The notes under the pieces are model-generated. The model had not been told where the DNA came from, made no database searches, and saw nothing but the letters and a program-made list of their open reading frames with translations. DNA of 64,000 nt from Defluviitaleaceae bacterium (GTDB lineage: Bacteria; Bacillota; Clostridia; Lachnospirales; WRAX01). The position numbers were made by a program, and so were the translations under genes. This document shows, piece after piece, positions 28,014 through 35,952 of the stretch. Each line of letters opens with the position of its first letter. Within the stretch, counting starts at the first letter, position 1. Where the stretch lies: the NCBI GenBank assembly GCA_009779935.1, contig WRAX01000007.1:4515-68514 (forward strand), in the 5' to 3' direction.

Positions 28014-28853
28014 ATGAAATATTTCGACGCACACTCCCACTACACCCATGGAAAATTTAACAGGGACAGGCACGGGCTTTTTGCCGAAATGCAAAAGGAA
28101 GGTGTGGCGTATATTGTTGACTGTGCGGGAGAAGGGAAAAATAGAGACCTTGCCCTGCAACTTGCCCGAAAGTATGACTTTTACTATGTTTGCACCATTG
28201 ATGACCATTATTATAAAACAGATTGGGATTACGAAGCAAGGGCAGGGGAAATAAACCGCCTTGTGGATGAAACTGTAGTTAAACTAAAAAAATTATGTGA
28301 AGAAAATAAGAAGATTGTGGCATATGGCGAATGTTATATAGATTTTCGCAAAGTTGAAAAAACTGCCGAGGAAGTGCGGAAACAGTCCTTTTGGTTTGGT
28401 AAAGACTTGGAAGTGGCACGCAAAGTGGGCCTGCCCCCGCTAATCCACTCCGGCAACGCAGATCAGGAAGCCTTTGATGTGATAAAACAAACAGATATGC
28501 CCGATTACGGCTATGGCAAAGGCATGTTGCACTGCTATCTTGGGCCGCCGCAAATGGCTTTGGATTATATAGATTTGGGCTACCTAATCAGCATTTCGGG
28601 CTTGGTAACCCACCGCTCTGCCCGTGGCAAAAATTTGGTGGAAGTGGTGAAGAAAGTGCCGCTAACCCATATGCTTATCGAAACCGATTGCCCATATCTA
28701 ACGCCGGAGCCGTTTAGGGACAGGCGAAACGATTCCACCCTGCTGCGCCTTACTGTGGAAGAAATTGCCAAAATCAAAAACCTTTATCCCGAAGAGGTGG
28801 CCGAGCAAACCATGGCTAATGCCAAAGCGTTTTTTGGCATTGGGGAGTCTTAG
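28014..28853 (+). CDS. TatD-family metal-dependent hydrolase
   Basis: RBS AAGGAGG. FDAHSH start motif, GECYIDF, LIHS, ETDCPYLTP. Confidence 0.8.
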   Translation: MKYFDAHSHYTHGKFNRDRHGLFAEMQKEGVAYIVDCAGEGKNRDLALQLARKYDFYYVCTIDDHYYKTDWDYEARAGEINRLVDETVVKLKKLCEENKKIVAYGECYIDFRKVEKTAEEVRKQSFWFGKDLEVARKVGLPPLIHSGNADQEAFDVIKQTDMPDYGYGKGMLHCYLGPPQMALDYIDLGYLISISGLVTHRSARGKNLVEVVKKVPLTHMLIETDCPYLTPEPFRDRRNDSTLLRLTVEEIAKIKNLYPEEVAEQTMANAKAFFGIGES

Positions 28854-28946
28854 GTAATGAATAATTACTATCAGTTGTTTTGTAAAGTTCATTCTTTTAC
28901 AAATTAGCGAAGCCTTTGGATAAGATAAGCATAATTCCAAAAATAT

Positions 28947-29258
28947 GTGAGCAAAGCATTTGAACGAGCTGAAATTGCCCCTCGACCCAATCACTTGTAC
29001 GACATTGCGAAATCCCATAAAGGTAAATTTGAACCACCAGAAGAAATCGCTATCGAGGCTGCTGTTTTGAGGATTTGTGATAAGCTTGATAAGTATCGAA
29101 AAAGCAAAAAGAAGAAGGCTACAGAAAAGTACGAAGAAACTGTCTATATGGTTGAAGAGTACATTTGTAAAAAAGCAATTAACATCGATTGGGATGAATT
29201 TTACAACATTTGTCAACAGATGCACGAATACGCATCAACGCAACACAAAGTGAGGTAA
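28947..29258 (+). pseudogene. HD-domain-like remnant in a low-GC spacer
   Basis: Frame opens at 28935 with only a GTG start. LYDIAKSH (degenerate HDIGK) and AAVLRICDKLD. Sampled G+C is about 28%. Confidence 0.3.
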
Positions 29259-29261
29259 AGT

Positions 29262-30080
29262 ATGCTAAAAGTAACCATAGGCCAATACTACCCGGCGGAT
29301 TCGTCTATACACAGGCTGGATGCGAGGATGAAGCTTTTATGCACCATGATTTTTATTGTAGTTATATTTTTCATTGGCAATTTTTTGGGGTATGCGTTGG
29401 CGGCGTTGTATTTGGCGGTGGTTATAAAGGTATCCAAGGTGCCGCCAAAGTTTTTGTTGCGGGGTTTGCGGGCGATATTGTTTATAATCGTGTTTACAGC
29501 TATTTTGAATGTATTTTTCACCCCGGGCGAAACGCTGGTTTTTGAGCTGGGATTTGTACGGGTAACCCAGGAGGGGCTTTTGGCGGCAGGGCGCATGGGC
29601 TTGCGCCTTGTTATGTTAATCATAGGCAGCTCCATTTTAACCCTTACAACCACCCCCATCCAACTGACAGATGCCATAGAATTTAGCCTAAAACCCCTTA
29701 AAAAAATTGGCGTACCCGCCCACGAAATTGCTATGATGATGACCATAGCACTGCGCTTTATCCCCACATTGATGGAGGAGATGGATAAGATTATGAAAGC
29801 GCAAATGGCAAGGGGAGCGGATTTTGATACGGGCGGAATTGTGAAAAAAGCACGCAGTTTGGTGCCCTTGCTTGTGCCCCTGTTTATTTCCGCATTTAGA
29901 AGGGCGGAGGAGTTGGCACTTGCCATGGAATCCCGCTGTTATCGGGGGGATATTGGGCGCACCCGTATGAAGCAGATGAAAATGGCAATGCGGGACCTTG
30001 GTGCATTTGTCAGCCTTGCTGTGTTTACGGCGGGCTTGTTTGCCCTTAACCATGTGGCGGCCGTATTTGGTATTTGGTAA
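29262..30080 (+). CDS. ecfT: ECF transporter transmembrane component EcfT
   Basis: Multi-TM protein with RFIP and ARGAD motifs typical of EcfT/CbiQ. RBS GTGAGG. Confidence 0.9.
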   Translation: MLKVTIGQYYPADSSIHRLDARMKLLCTMIFIVVIFFIGNFLGYALAALYLAVVIKVSKVPPKFLLRGLRAILFIIVFTAILNVFFTPGETLVFELGFVRVTQEGLLAAGRMGLRLVMLIIGSSILTLTTTPIQLTDAIEFSLKPLKKIGVPAHEIAMMMTIALRFIPTLMEEMDKIMKAQMARGADFDTGGIVKKARSLVPLLVPLFISAFRRAEELALAMESRCYRGDIGRTRMKQMKMAMRDLGAFVSLAVFTAGLFALNHVAAVFGIW

Positions 30081-30826
30081 TGGGTGTTTTGTTGACGGTT
30101 GCTTATGACGGTACGGATTATAACGGCTGGCAGGTGCAAAAAAACGGCACTACCGTTTGTGGTTTGCTGGAAGGGGCTTTGGCGGGCGTTTTGGCGGGTC
30201 GCTCCTTTTCGATTTTGGGGGCAAGCAGGACAGATGCAGGGGTACATGCCCTTGGCCAGCGTGTGCATTTGCGCACTGATGGGACAATCCCCATACCGCT
30301 TGATAGGTTGCCCAATGTGATAAATGCTGCATTACCAAGGGATGTTGCTGTAACGGCGGCAATTAGCGTACCCGACAGTTTCCACCCTATTAGTGATGCT
30401 AAAAGTAAGACATATATATATAAAATCCACAACCAGCCCCATCGTTGCCCGCTTAGGTGTCGTTATTCCGCTTTTATACCAAATGCGCTGGATTTTGCGG
30501 CAATGCAGCCGGCTTGCCGCCATTTTGTAGGCGAATTTGATTTTGCGGCATTTTGTGCCACGGGCTCGCCTGTAAAATCCACAGTGCGGCGTATTAATTT
30601 TTTGGAGGTTAGCCAGCAGGAGCAGGACGGGCTTTTAGAAATGCGTGTTAATGGCAATGGTTTTTTGTACAATATGGTGCGGATTATAGCAGGCACACTG
30701 GTAGGTGTGGGTCTTAACAAAATTTTGCCTGATGACATACCTGCAATAATTGCCGGCAAGGACAGGGCAAAAGCGGGCAAAACCATGCCGCCGCAGGGGC
30801 TTACCTTACTGGAAGTTTTTTATTAG
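30080..30826 (+). CDS. truA: tRNA pseudouridine(38-40) synthase TruA
   Basis: VAYDGTDYNGWQ, catalytic GASRTDAGVHA, NGNGFLYNMVR. The ATG overlaps the ecfT stop (TAATG). Confidence 0.9.
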   Translation: MGVLLTVAYDGTDYNGWQVQKNGTTVCGLLEGALAGVLAGRSFSILGASRTDAGVHALGQRVHLRTDGTIPIPLDRLPNVINAALPRDVAVTAAISVPDSFHPISDAKSKTYIYKIHNQPHRCPLRCRYSAFIPNALDFAAMQPACRHFVGEFDFAAFCATGSPVKSTVRRINFLEVSQQEQDGLLEMRVNGNGFLYNMVRIIAGTLVGVGLNKILPDDIPAIIAGKDRAKAGKTMPPQGLTLLEVFY

Positions 30827-30841
30827 AGGCAGGAGCGGAAA

Positions 30842-32080
30842 ATGCAAACCATAATTTTTGCATCCACCACCATCTTTTCCTTTTTGGTGGTTGTGGTGGT
30901 GCTTATATTACATAGGGTTAGGGAAAAAGCCCTGACAAAGGAAGTTTTTGACGAAGGCGGCTTTACCATGTTGCAAACACGGCGGTCGGCGGACGCTAAT
31001 TTGGCAATGGTTGTTTTGGCTGTATTTTATGTTATTGCCATGGTGGTTTTTGAAATGGAGGGTTTGGATTTTACGCCTGTAATAATCTTTAACACCATAA
31101 TTGTAATTGCCGCTACCGCCCAAAGTATTTACCGCATTTCTTGGCGTTGTGTGGTGGATGGTGATGAGATTATTTACAGGCAAATGGTGGTGATACCCCT
31201 GCACAGTGTTACAAAAGTGCATGTTATGCGTTTTCGCCGTTTGGCTTTGTTTGTGGGGGATGAAAGGGTAATCACCATACCCTTAAAACAAATTGACCAT
31301 ATTAGCCACGGCCTTCTTGTTGGCTTGTTAAAATCCAAAAACATAGACGGGGCAGAGCGGTTAAAGGAACCCACAGCAAAAAATGCCCACAGCCCCTCCT
31401 TATCTGCTTTATTTCTTACCATCCAATCCCTTTTGTTTTTGCTTGTGGCGGTGGATTTTGTGGATGGCGTATTGGGTATGCAGCCACGTATTTTGCTTCG
31501 CATTGCCTATACGCCAAAAGAGGTTTTGGAAGCCTATATCACATGGCACCGCAATGTATTAGAGGATTTGCCGTTTATCGTCGGCTCTGTTTTTGTCATT
31601 AACATAATTGCCGCTGTTTTGTCCAAACTATCCAGCAAAAGGGCACATTTGCCTTTTTGGGCGGCAGTGGTTTCTTGCGCTTCTGCGGCGGCTATGTTTG
31701 CAGCGATTGTTTGGGTTTATGATGCACCGGGCTTTATGCGCCAAGGGGAATATGACCTTGCGGCAATCGAAACCCGGCAATTACAGCGTGTGGAGGTTTT
31801 TGTCAGCTTAGATGATTTTGATAACAGCACCCCAATACATTTGGTGGGGGTGGGCAATGCGCCGGCAAGGCTGTATAGCTTGCAGGTGGAAGATGGCCAC
31901 CTTCTTCTGTCCGCCCACCACCACCCCCATGATATTAGGGAAATTATTAGCCCTGAAAGGTTTCGCTATCCCGAAATGGAAGCGGATGTAAGAAGGCTTA
32001 CTTTATACTATACGCCCATCCATAGAATTGTGGTGGAAATGTATATCCAATATCAAGAATACGAACAAGAACACGAGTAG
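30842..32080 (+). CDS. hypothetical multi-pass membrane protein
   Basis: RBS AGGAG. Several hydrophobic helices. No recognised motif. Confidence 0.6.
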   Translation: MQTIIFASTTIFSFLVVVVVLILHRVREKALTKEVFDEGGFTMLQTRRSADANLAMVVLAVFYVIAMVVFEMEGLDFTPVIIFNTIIVIAATAQSIYRISWRCVVDGDEIIYRQMVVIPLHSVTKVHVMRFRRLALFVGDERVITIPLKQIDHISHGLLVGLLKSKNIDGAERLKEPTAKNAHSPSLSALFLTIQSLLFLLVAVDFVDGVLGMQPRILLRIAYTPKEVLEAYITWHRNVLEDLPFIVGSVFVINIIAAVLSKLSSKRAHLPFWAAVVSCASAAAMFAAIVWVYDAPGFMRQGEYDLAAIETRQLQRVEVFVSLDDFDNSTPIHLVGVGNAPARLYSLQVEDGHLLLSAHHHPHDIREIISPERFRYPEMEADVRRLTLYYTPIHRIVVEMYIQYQEYEQEHE

Positions 32081-32091
32081 CAGGAGGAAAC

Positions 32092-33822
32092 ATGGCTTTT
32101 GACGGAATTGCCGTTGCCGCTTTGGTGGCGGAGGCTGCAAATAAATTAAGCGGCGGGCGCATTGATAAGGTTACCCAGCCCGAAAAGGATGAAATTGTGC
32201 TAGCCGTGCGGGCGGGCGGGGCAAACCACAGGTTGCTGCTATCTGCCAACGCTACATTTCCACGCCTGCACTTTACAGTGCATACCAAGGAAAATCCAGC
32301 AACTGCACCTATGTTTTGCATGCTTTTGCGCAAACACATACAAGGCGGGCGCATTGTAAGCATTACCCAGCCTGGGTTGGAGCGGGTTGTGCGCATTAAT
32401 ATCGAAGCACGTAATGAAATGGGGGATTTGGAAGAAAAAACCCTTATTTTGGAAATTATGGGACGGCATAGCAATATTATTTTGGTGGCAGATGGCATGG
32501 TATTGGATGCGGCAAAGCACGTAAATGCAAGCCTTTCCGCTGTGCGCCAAATCCTTCCCGGGCGGGAATTTGCGGATGCGCCCGCCCAAGATAAATTAGA
32601 CCCCCTAAATACGGATAAAGCCCGGTTTTTGGGCGTTTTAAGCGGCACAACAGTGGCTAAGGCAATTTTTCATAATTATATAGGTATTAGCAACTTTTCG
32701 GCAGGGATAATTTGCCAAATGGCGGGTATTGACCCGGGCACCCAAGCATCTGCGCTGGGTGATATGCAAAAAACGACATTATTTGAGGCTTTTGGGCAGG
32801 CCATAGGCGGCGACACGCCTTATATACTTTACAACGATGCCAAAAACCCACAAGGTTTCGCTTTTTTTGGGCGAGAAGTGTTTGGGGATGGGTTTACACA
32901 GACCTTTGAATCCCCATCGCAGCTGGTGGAATATTTTTATAGCAGCAAGGATAATAACGACCGTATCCGTCAGCGGTCCCAAGATATGCGCCGCCTTGTG
33001 CAAAACTTGATTGACCGATGTGTTAAAAAAGCGGACATATACGCAAAAACAGAGGTGGAGATTGAAGGGAGAAACACCATGCGCCTGTATGGCGAACTTA
33101 TAACCGCCAATATTTATGCCATTTCGGCAGGGGCAAAGCTACTAACTTCCCAAAATTTTTATGAAGAGGATTTGCCCATGGTGGAAATTGCCCTAAACCC
33201 CCAAAAAACACCGGCAGAGAATGCACAAGCCTACTTTTCCAAATACAACAAACAAAAACGCACAGCGGAGGCTCTCGCAACCCAAAGGTTGCAGAATGAG
33301 GAAGAATTGGCATATTTAGAGGCGGTGATGCAAAGCATAGCCCAAAGCGATACAGTAGCGGATTTGGTGCAAATTAGGGAAGAATTGCAAGAGCAGGGCT
33401 TTGTTAAAAAACCTAAAAAGACGGGTAAAAAGCGGGCGGAAACGGCAACCAAGCCACTGCACTTTATAACAGCGGATGGTTTTAATATTTTTGTTGGTAA
33501 AAATAACCAGCAAAACGACCAGCTAACCAAAAGTGCCGATAAAGATGACATTTGGCTGCATACCAAGCACATTCCGGGTTCCCATGTAATTGTGCAGGCA
33601 AAGGCAGGGCAGGTAAGTGATGCTGCGCTGGAAGAAGCTGTAAATTTAGCAGGATTTTACAGCAAAGGGCGGGGCGGCTCTATGGTGCCTGTGGATTATT
33701 GCCCACGCAAAAATGTGCGCAAACCCACAGGGGCAAAGCCCGGAATGGTTATATATGACAACTATAAAACCGCCCACATCACCCCTGATGAGGGGCGTGT
33801 GAAATCGCTTACACAAAAATAA
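32092..33822 (+). CDS. rqcH: NFACT-family ribosome quality control protein (RqcH / FbpA-like)
   Basis: N-terminal MAFDGIAV...GGRIDKV.QPEKDEIVL, a coiled-coil middle region and a C-terminal NFACT-R domain (HTKHIPGSHVIV). Confidence 0.88.
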   Translation: MAFDGIAVAALVAEAANKLSGGRIDKVTQPEKDEIVLAVRAGGANHRLLLSANATFPRLHFTVHTKENPATAPMFCMLLRKHIQGGRIVSITQPGLERVVRINIEARNEMGDLEEKTLILEIMGRHSNIILVADGMVLDAAKHVNASLSAVRQILPGREFADAPAQDKLDPLNTDKARFLGVLSGTTVAKAIFHNYIGISNFSAGIICQMAGIDPGTQASALGDMQKTTLFEAFGQAIGGDTPYILYNDAKNPQGFAFFGREVFGDGFTQTFESPSQLVEYFYSSKDNNDRIRQRSQDMRRLVQNLIDRCVKKADIYAKTEVEIEGRNTMRLYGELITANIYAISAGAKLLTSQNFYEEDLPMVEIALNPQKTPAENAQAYFSKYNKQKRTAEALATQRLQNEEELAYLEAVMQSIAQSDTVADLVQIREELQEQGFVKKPKKTGKKRAETATKPLHFITADGFNIFVGKNNQQNDQLTKSADKDDIWLHTKHIPGSHVIVQAKAGQVSDAALEEAVNLAGFYSKGRGGSMVPVDYCPRKNVRKPTGAKPGMVIYDNYKTAHITPDEGRVKSLTQK

Positions 33823-33833
33823 GCGGCTTTTAC

Positions 33834-33862
33834 TTGACTTTTGGCCGGAACTATGTTATAAT
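33834..33862 (+). promoter_or_regulatory. near-consensus sigma-A promoter at the head of a 367-nt non-coding region
   Basis: TTGACT, 17 nt, TATAAT. Confidence 0.6.
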
Positions 33863-33869
33863 AATGTAA

Positions 33870-33944
33870 GTTAAACACCAATTCAGTCTTCACAAAAACT
33901 CGGTGAAGCATCGAGATTTTTTGCTCGACTTCATTGTGTTTAAC
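33870..33944 (+). promoter_or_regulatory. 75-nt three-way-junction RNA fold at the predicted 5' end of the leader (unclassified)
   Basis: P1 GTTAAACAC/GTGTTTAAC, P2 CTTCAC/GTGAAG, P3 TCGAG/CTCGA. An alternative GAAG..CTTC pairing competes with P2. Confidence 0.35.
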
Positions 33945-34137
33945 TAAGTCGTTATGATATAATCCCTTTATGTATTTTGGAGGTGCGAAATGACTTACTA
34001 ATCGATTCAACCCACGTAGCTGCATAAGGTCTGCATAGCGCAGGGCTTTGTTTGTGTTGGAATTGGATTGGTTAGCATATCATAAGCACCGAGATAAGGG
34101 CATTTTGTCCAATTTTTTGTGTGTTGTTTGCTTGATG

Positions 34138-34166
34138 TCCTTTTCCGCACAGGAAAAGGATTTTTT
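34138..34166 (+). terminator. intrinsic terminator inside the leader, 23 nt before the DUF2785 start codon (attenuator)
   Basis: TCCTTTTCC, GCACA loop, GGAAAAGGA, followed by TTTTTT. Confidence 0.7.
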
Positions 34167-34189
34167 AATTTCAAAGGAGTGTTCGTCAT

Positions 34190-35026
34190 ATGACTAACTT
34201 AAAGAAGCAATTAACCCAGATAAAGGAAAGTAATTTCAAAGTGCCGGCAGATGTGGATTTGGACGAGTTGATAGCGGAGATGTTGAAAAACATAGGTGAT
34301 ACCGACAGCGAACTGCGAGATGGGCTGATTTATGAAGCCTTTTGCGGCTGGGCTGACGAAACCTTGTCCGAGACGCAAATTAGACATATTTTATACACCT
34401 GCCTTGGTGAACATCATCTGTTCCACAGTATTGGTGAAAGTGAAACGGATTCGGTGTTTACCCGTTCTTTTTCCGCATTGGGCGTGTCTGTTTGCCTATA
34501 TACCCAGTATGAAAAACCCTTTTTATCTAATAAAGAGTTGGCGGATATTAAGGGCACGCTATTGCGCTACATAAGCCTTGAAAGGGATTTTAGGGGATAT
34601 GTGGAGGGCAAGGGATGGGCGCATGCAATTGCCCATATTGCTGATGTTTTTGCTCACATTGTCTGCTTTGATAATATCGAAGGTGATAAAACCATAGGGC
34701 GCGATGCCATGTTGGAAATTTTGGATGCAGTAAAGCGCATGGTTTGCAATAGAGAAAGTGTTTATGACACCAACGAGGATGAACGCTTGGCAGTGGTTTT
34801 TGTGGATGCCTGCGACAGTGAGGTTTTAAGTGATGAGGAGCTGACGGGGTGGCTGGACGGCTTTAACATGGCGGATGACAAGTGGAGAAACCAGTCAATC
34901 CCATCCAGCTACTACCAATTTGTCAACTGCAAAAACTTTTTGCGCAGTGTGTATTTCAAATTATTGGCAAATGGCGGACATGAAGGAATTTGCCGGCATA
35001 TGCTGAGTTTTCTTGTGAAAGAATGA
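34190..35026 (+). CDS. DUF2785-like protein
   Basis: RBS AAAGGAG. By-eye resemblance (FHSIGE...VFTRSFS, GWAHAIAHIADVF) to the DUF2785 family. Confidence 0.6.
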   Translation: MTNLKKQLTQIKESNFKVPADVDLDELIAEMLKNIGDTDSELRDGLIYEAFCGWADETLSETQIRHILYTCLGEHHLFHSIGESETDSVFTRSFSALGVSVCLYTQYEKPFLSNKELADIKGTLLRYISLERDFRGYVEGKGWAHAIAHIADVFAHIVCFDNIEGDKTIGRDAMLEILDAVKRMVCNRESVYDTNEDERLAVVFVDACDSEVLSDEELTGWLDGFNMADDKWRNQSIPSSYYQFVNCKNFLRSVYFKLLANGGHEGICRHMLSFLVKE

Positions 35027-35045
35027 TGTTAAGGGAGAGGTTTTT

Positions 35046-35867
35046 ATGACATACACAGTCAACGGTTTGGATATTTTTTATGAAGACATTGGAGCGGGCA
35101 AACCCGTGTTGTGCCTGCATGGATTTACAGAGGATCATAGGTCCATGAAAGGCTGTTTGGAGCCGATTTTTGCAGAGCAGGCAGGATACCGCAGAATTTA
35201 TGTGGACATGCCCGGCATGGGCAAAACCCACGGGGCGGATTGGATTAAGAATGCGGATATTATGCTTGATGTACTTAAAAAGTTCATCAAAGGCGTGGTT
35301 GGGGATGAGGTCTTTTTGCTTATAGGCACATCCTATGGGGGTTACATGTCCCTTGGTTTGGCGCAGGATGACCAAGCTAATATTGATGGTATTTTCCTAT
35401 TTGGCCCATGTGTGGTATCTGACCATGACAAGCGCAAACTGCCCGATGTGGAAGATGACGAACTGTTTGTGGAAGACGGGCTGGAAGATGAATTTGAGCA
35501 TGATGATGATTTTGATGATTTCATAAATACCGCCGTCAACGCCACAAAGTGGGTTTGGGAAAGATACCAAGCGGAGATTTTGCCCGCCTATAAAATTGCG
35601 GATAAGGCCTTTACCGGCAAATACCGCAAAAACGGCTATGCCCTGTCATCAGAAGGGGAATTTGGTAATTTAGAGTTTGCAAAGCCCTTTACCGTTATGG
35701 TGGGCAAACAGGATGAAAGCGTGGGATACGAGGATGCTTGGGATTTACTTAAACACTTGCCGAAGCTGACATATGTGTGCCTTGATGGCGCAGGGCATTT
35801 GATGCAGCTGGAGAAGCCCGAAGTCTTTAATTTTCACATTAAAAGCTGGCTTGGACAAATTAAGTAG
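35046..35867 (+). CDS. alpha/beta hydrolase
   Basis: LHGF oxyanion region, nucleophile elbow GTSYGG, C-terminal GAGHL. Contains an acidic insert (DVEDDELFVEDGLEDEFEHDDDFDDF). Confidence 0.8.
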   Translation: MTYTVNGLDIFYEDIGAGKPVLCLHGFTEDHRSMKGCLEPIFAEQAGYRRIYVDMPGMGKTHGADWIKNADIMLDVLKKFIKGVVGDEVFLLIGTSYGGYMSLGLAQDDQANIDGIFLFGPCVVSDHDKRKLPDVEDDELFVEDGLEDEFEHDDDFDDFINTAVNATKWVWERYQAEILPAYKIADKAFTGKYRKNGYALSSEGEFGNLEFAKPFTVMVGKQDESVGYEDAWDLLKHLPKLTYVCLDGAGHLMQLEKPEVFNFHIKSWLGQIK

Positions 35868-35888
35868 GGTGGGGGCTTGCCCCCACCC
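35863..35888 (+). repeat. REP-like element AGTAGGGTGGGGGCTTGCCCCCACCC (copy 2)
   Basis: Identical 26-mer. Overlaps the TAG stop of the hydrolase gene. Confidence 0.85.
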
Positions 35889-35926
35889 TTGTTCGCAAGA
35901 CGCACATAATATCTTTTGTACAATAG

Positions 35927-35952
35927 GGGTGGGGGCAAGCCCCCACCCTACT
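35927..35952 (-). repeat. REP-like element (copy 3, inverted), forming a REPIN-like doublet with copy 2
   Basis: Reverse complement is the identical 26-mer. Lies 38 nt from copy 2 and overlaps the pmbA stop codon. Confidence 0.85.

Noticed and set aside
29288-29926. 212-aa minus-strand ORF opposite ecfT; likewise 31998-32648 opposite rqcH and the membrane-protein gene
   Set aside because: These are shadow ORFs of confidently called plus-strand genes.
33990-34001. GGAGG-preceded mini-ORF ATG ACT TAC TAA as a real peptide gene
   Set aside because: Three codons cannot be supported as a product. It is kept only as a possible regulatory feature of the leader (see the finding at 33834-34189).
34007-34189. 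60-aa minus-strand ORF in the leader region, considered as a type I toxin or small protein
   Set aside because: It is not hydrophobic, has no RBS, runs antisense through the terminator hairpin, and starts exactly opposite the DUF2785 start codon. It is most likely spurious.
35898-35926. Possible XerC/D dif site between the two REP-like palindromes (AGACGCACATAA-TATCTT-TTGTACAATAG)
   Set aside because: The left arm resembles the E. coli-type XerC arm (about 8 of 11). The right arm matches the normally better-conserved XerD arm TTATGT(T/A)AA(A/C)T at only about 5 of 11, and the reverse orientation is no better. This is too weak to call without a genome-wide dif search.
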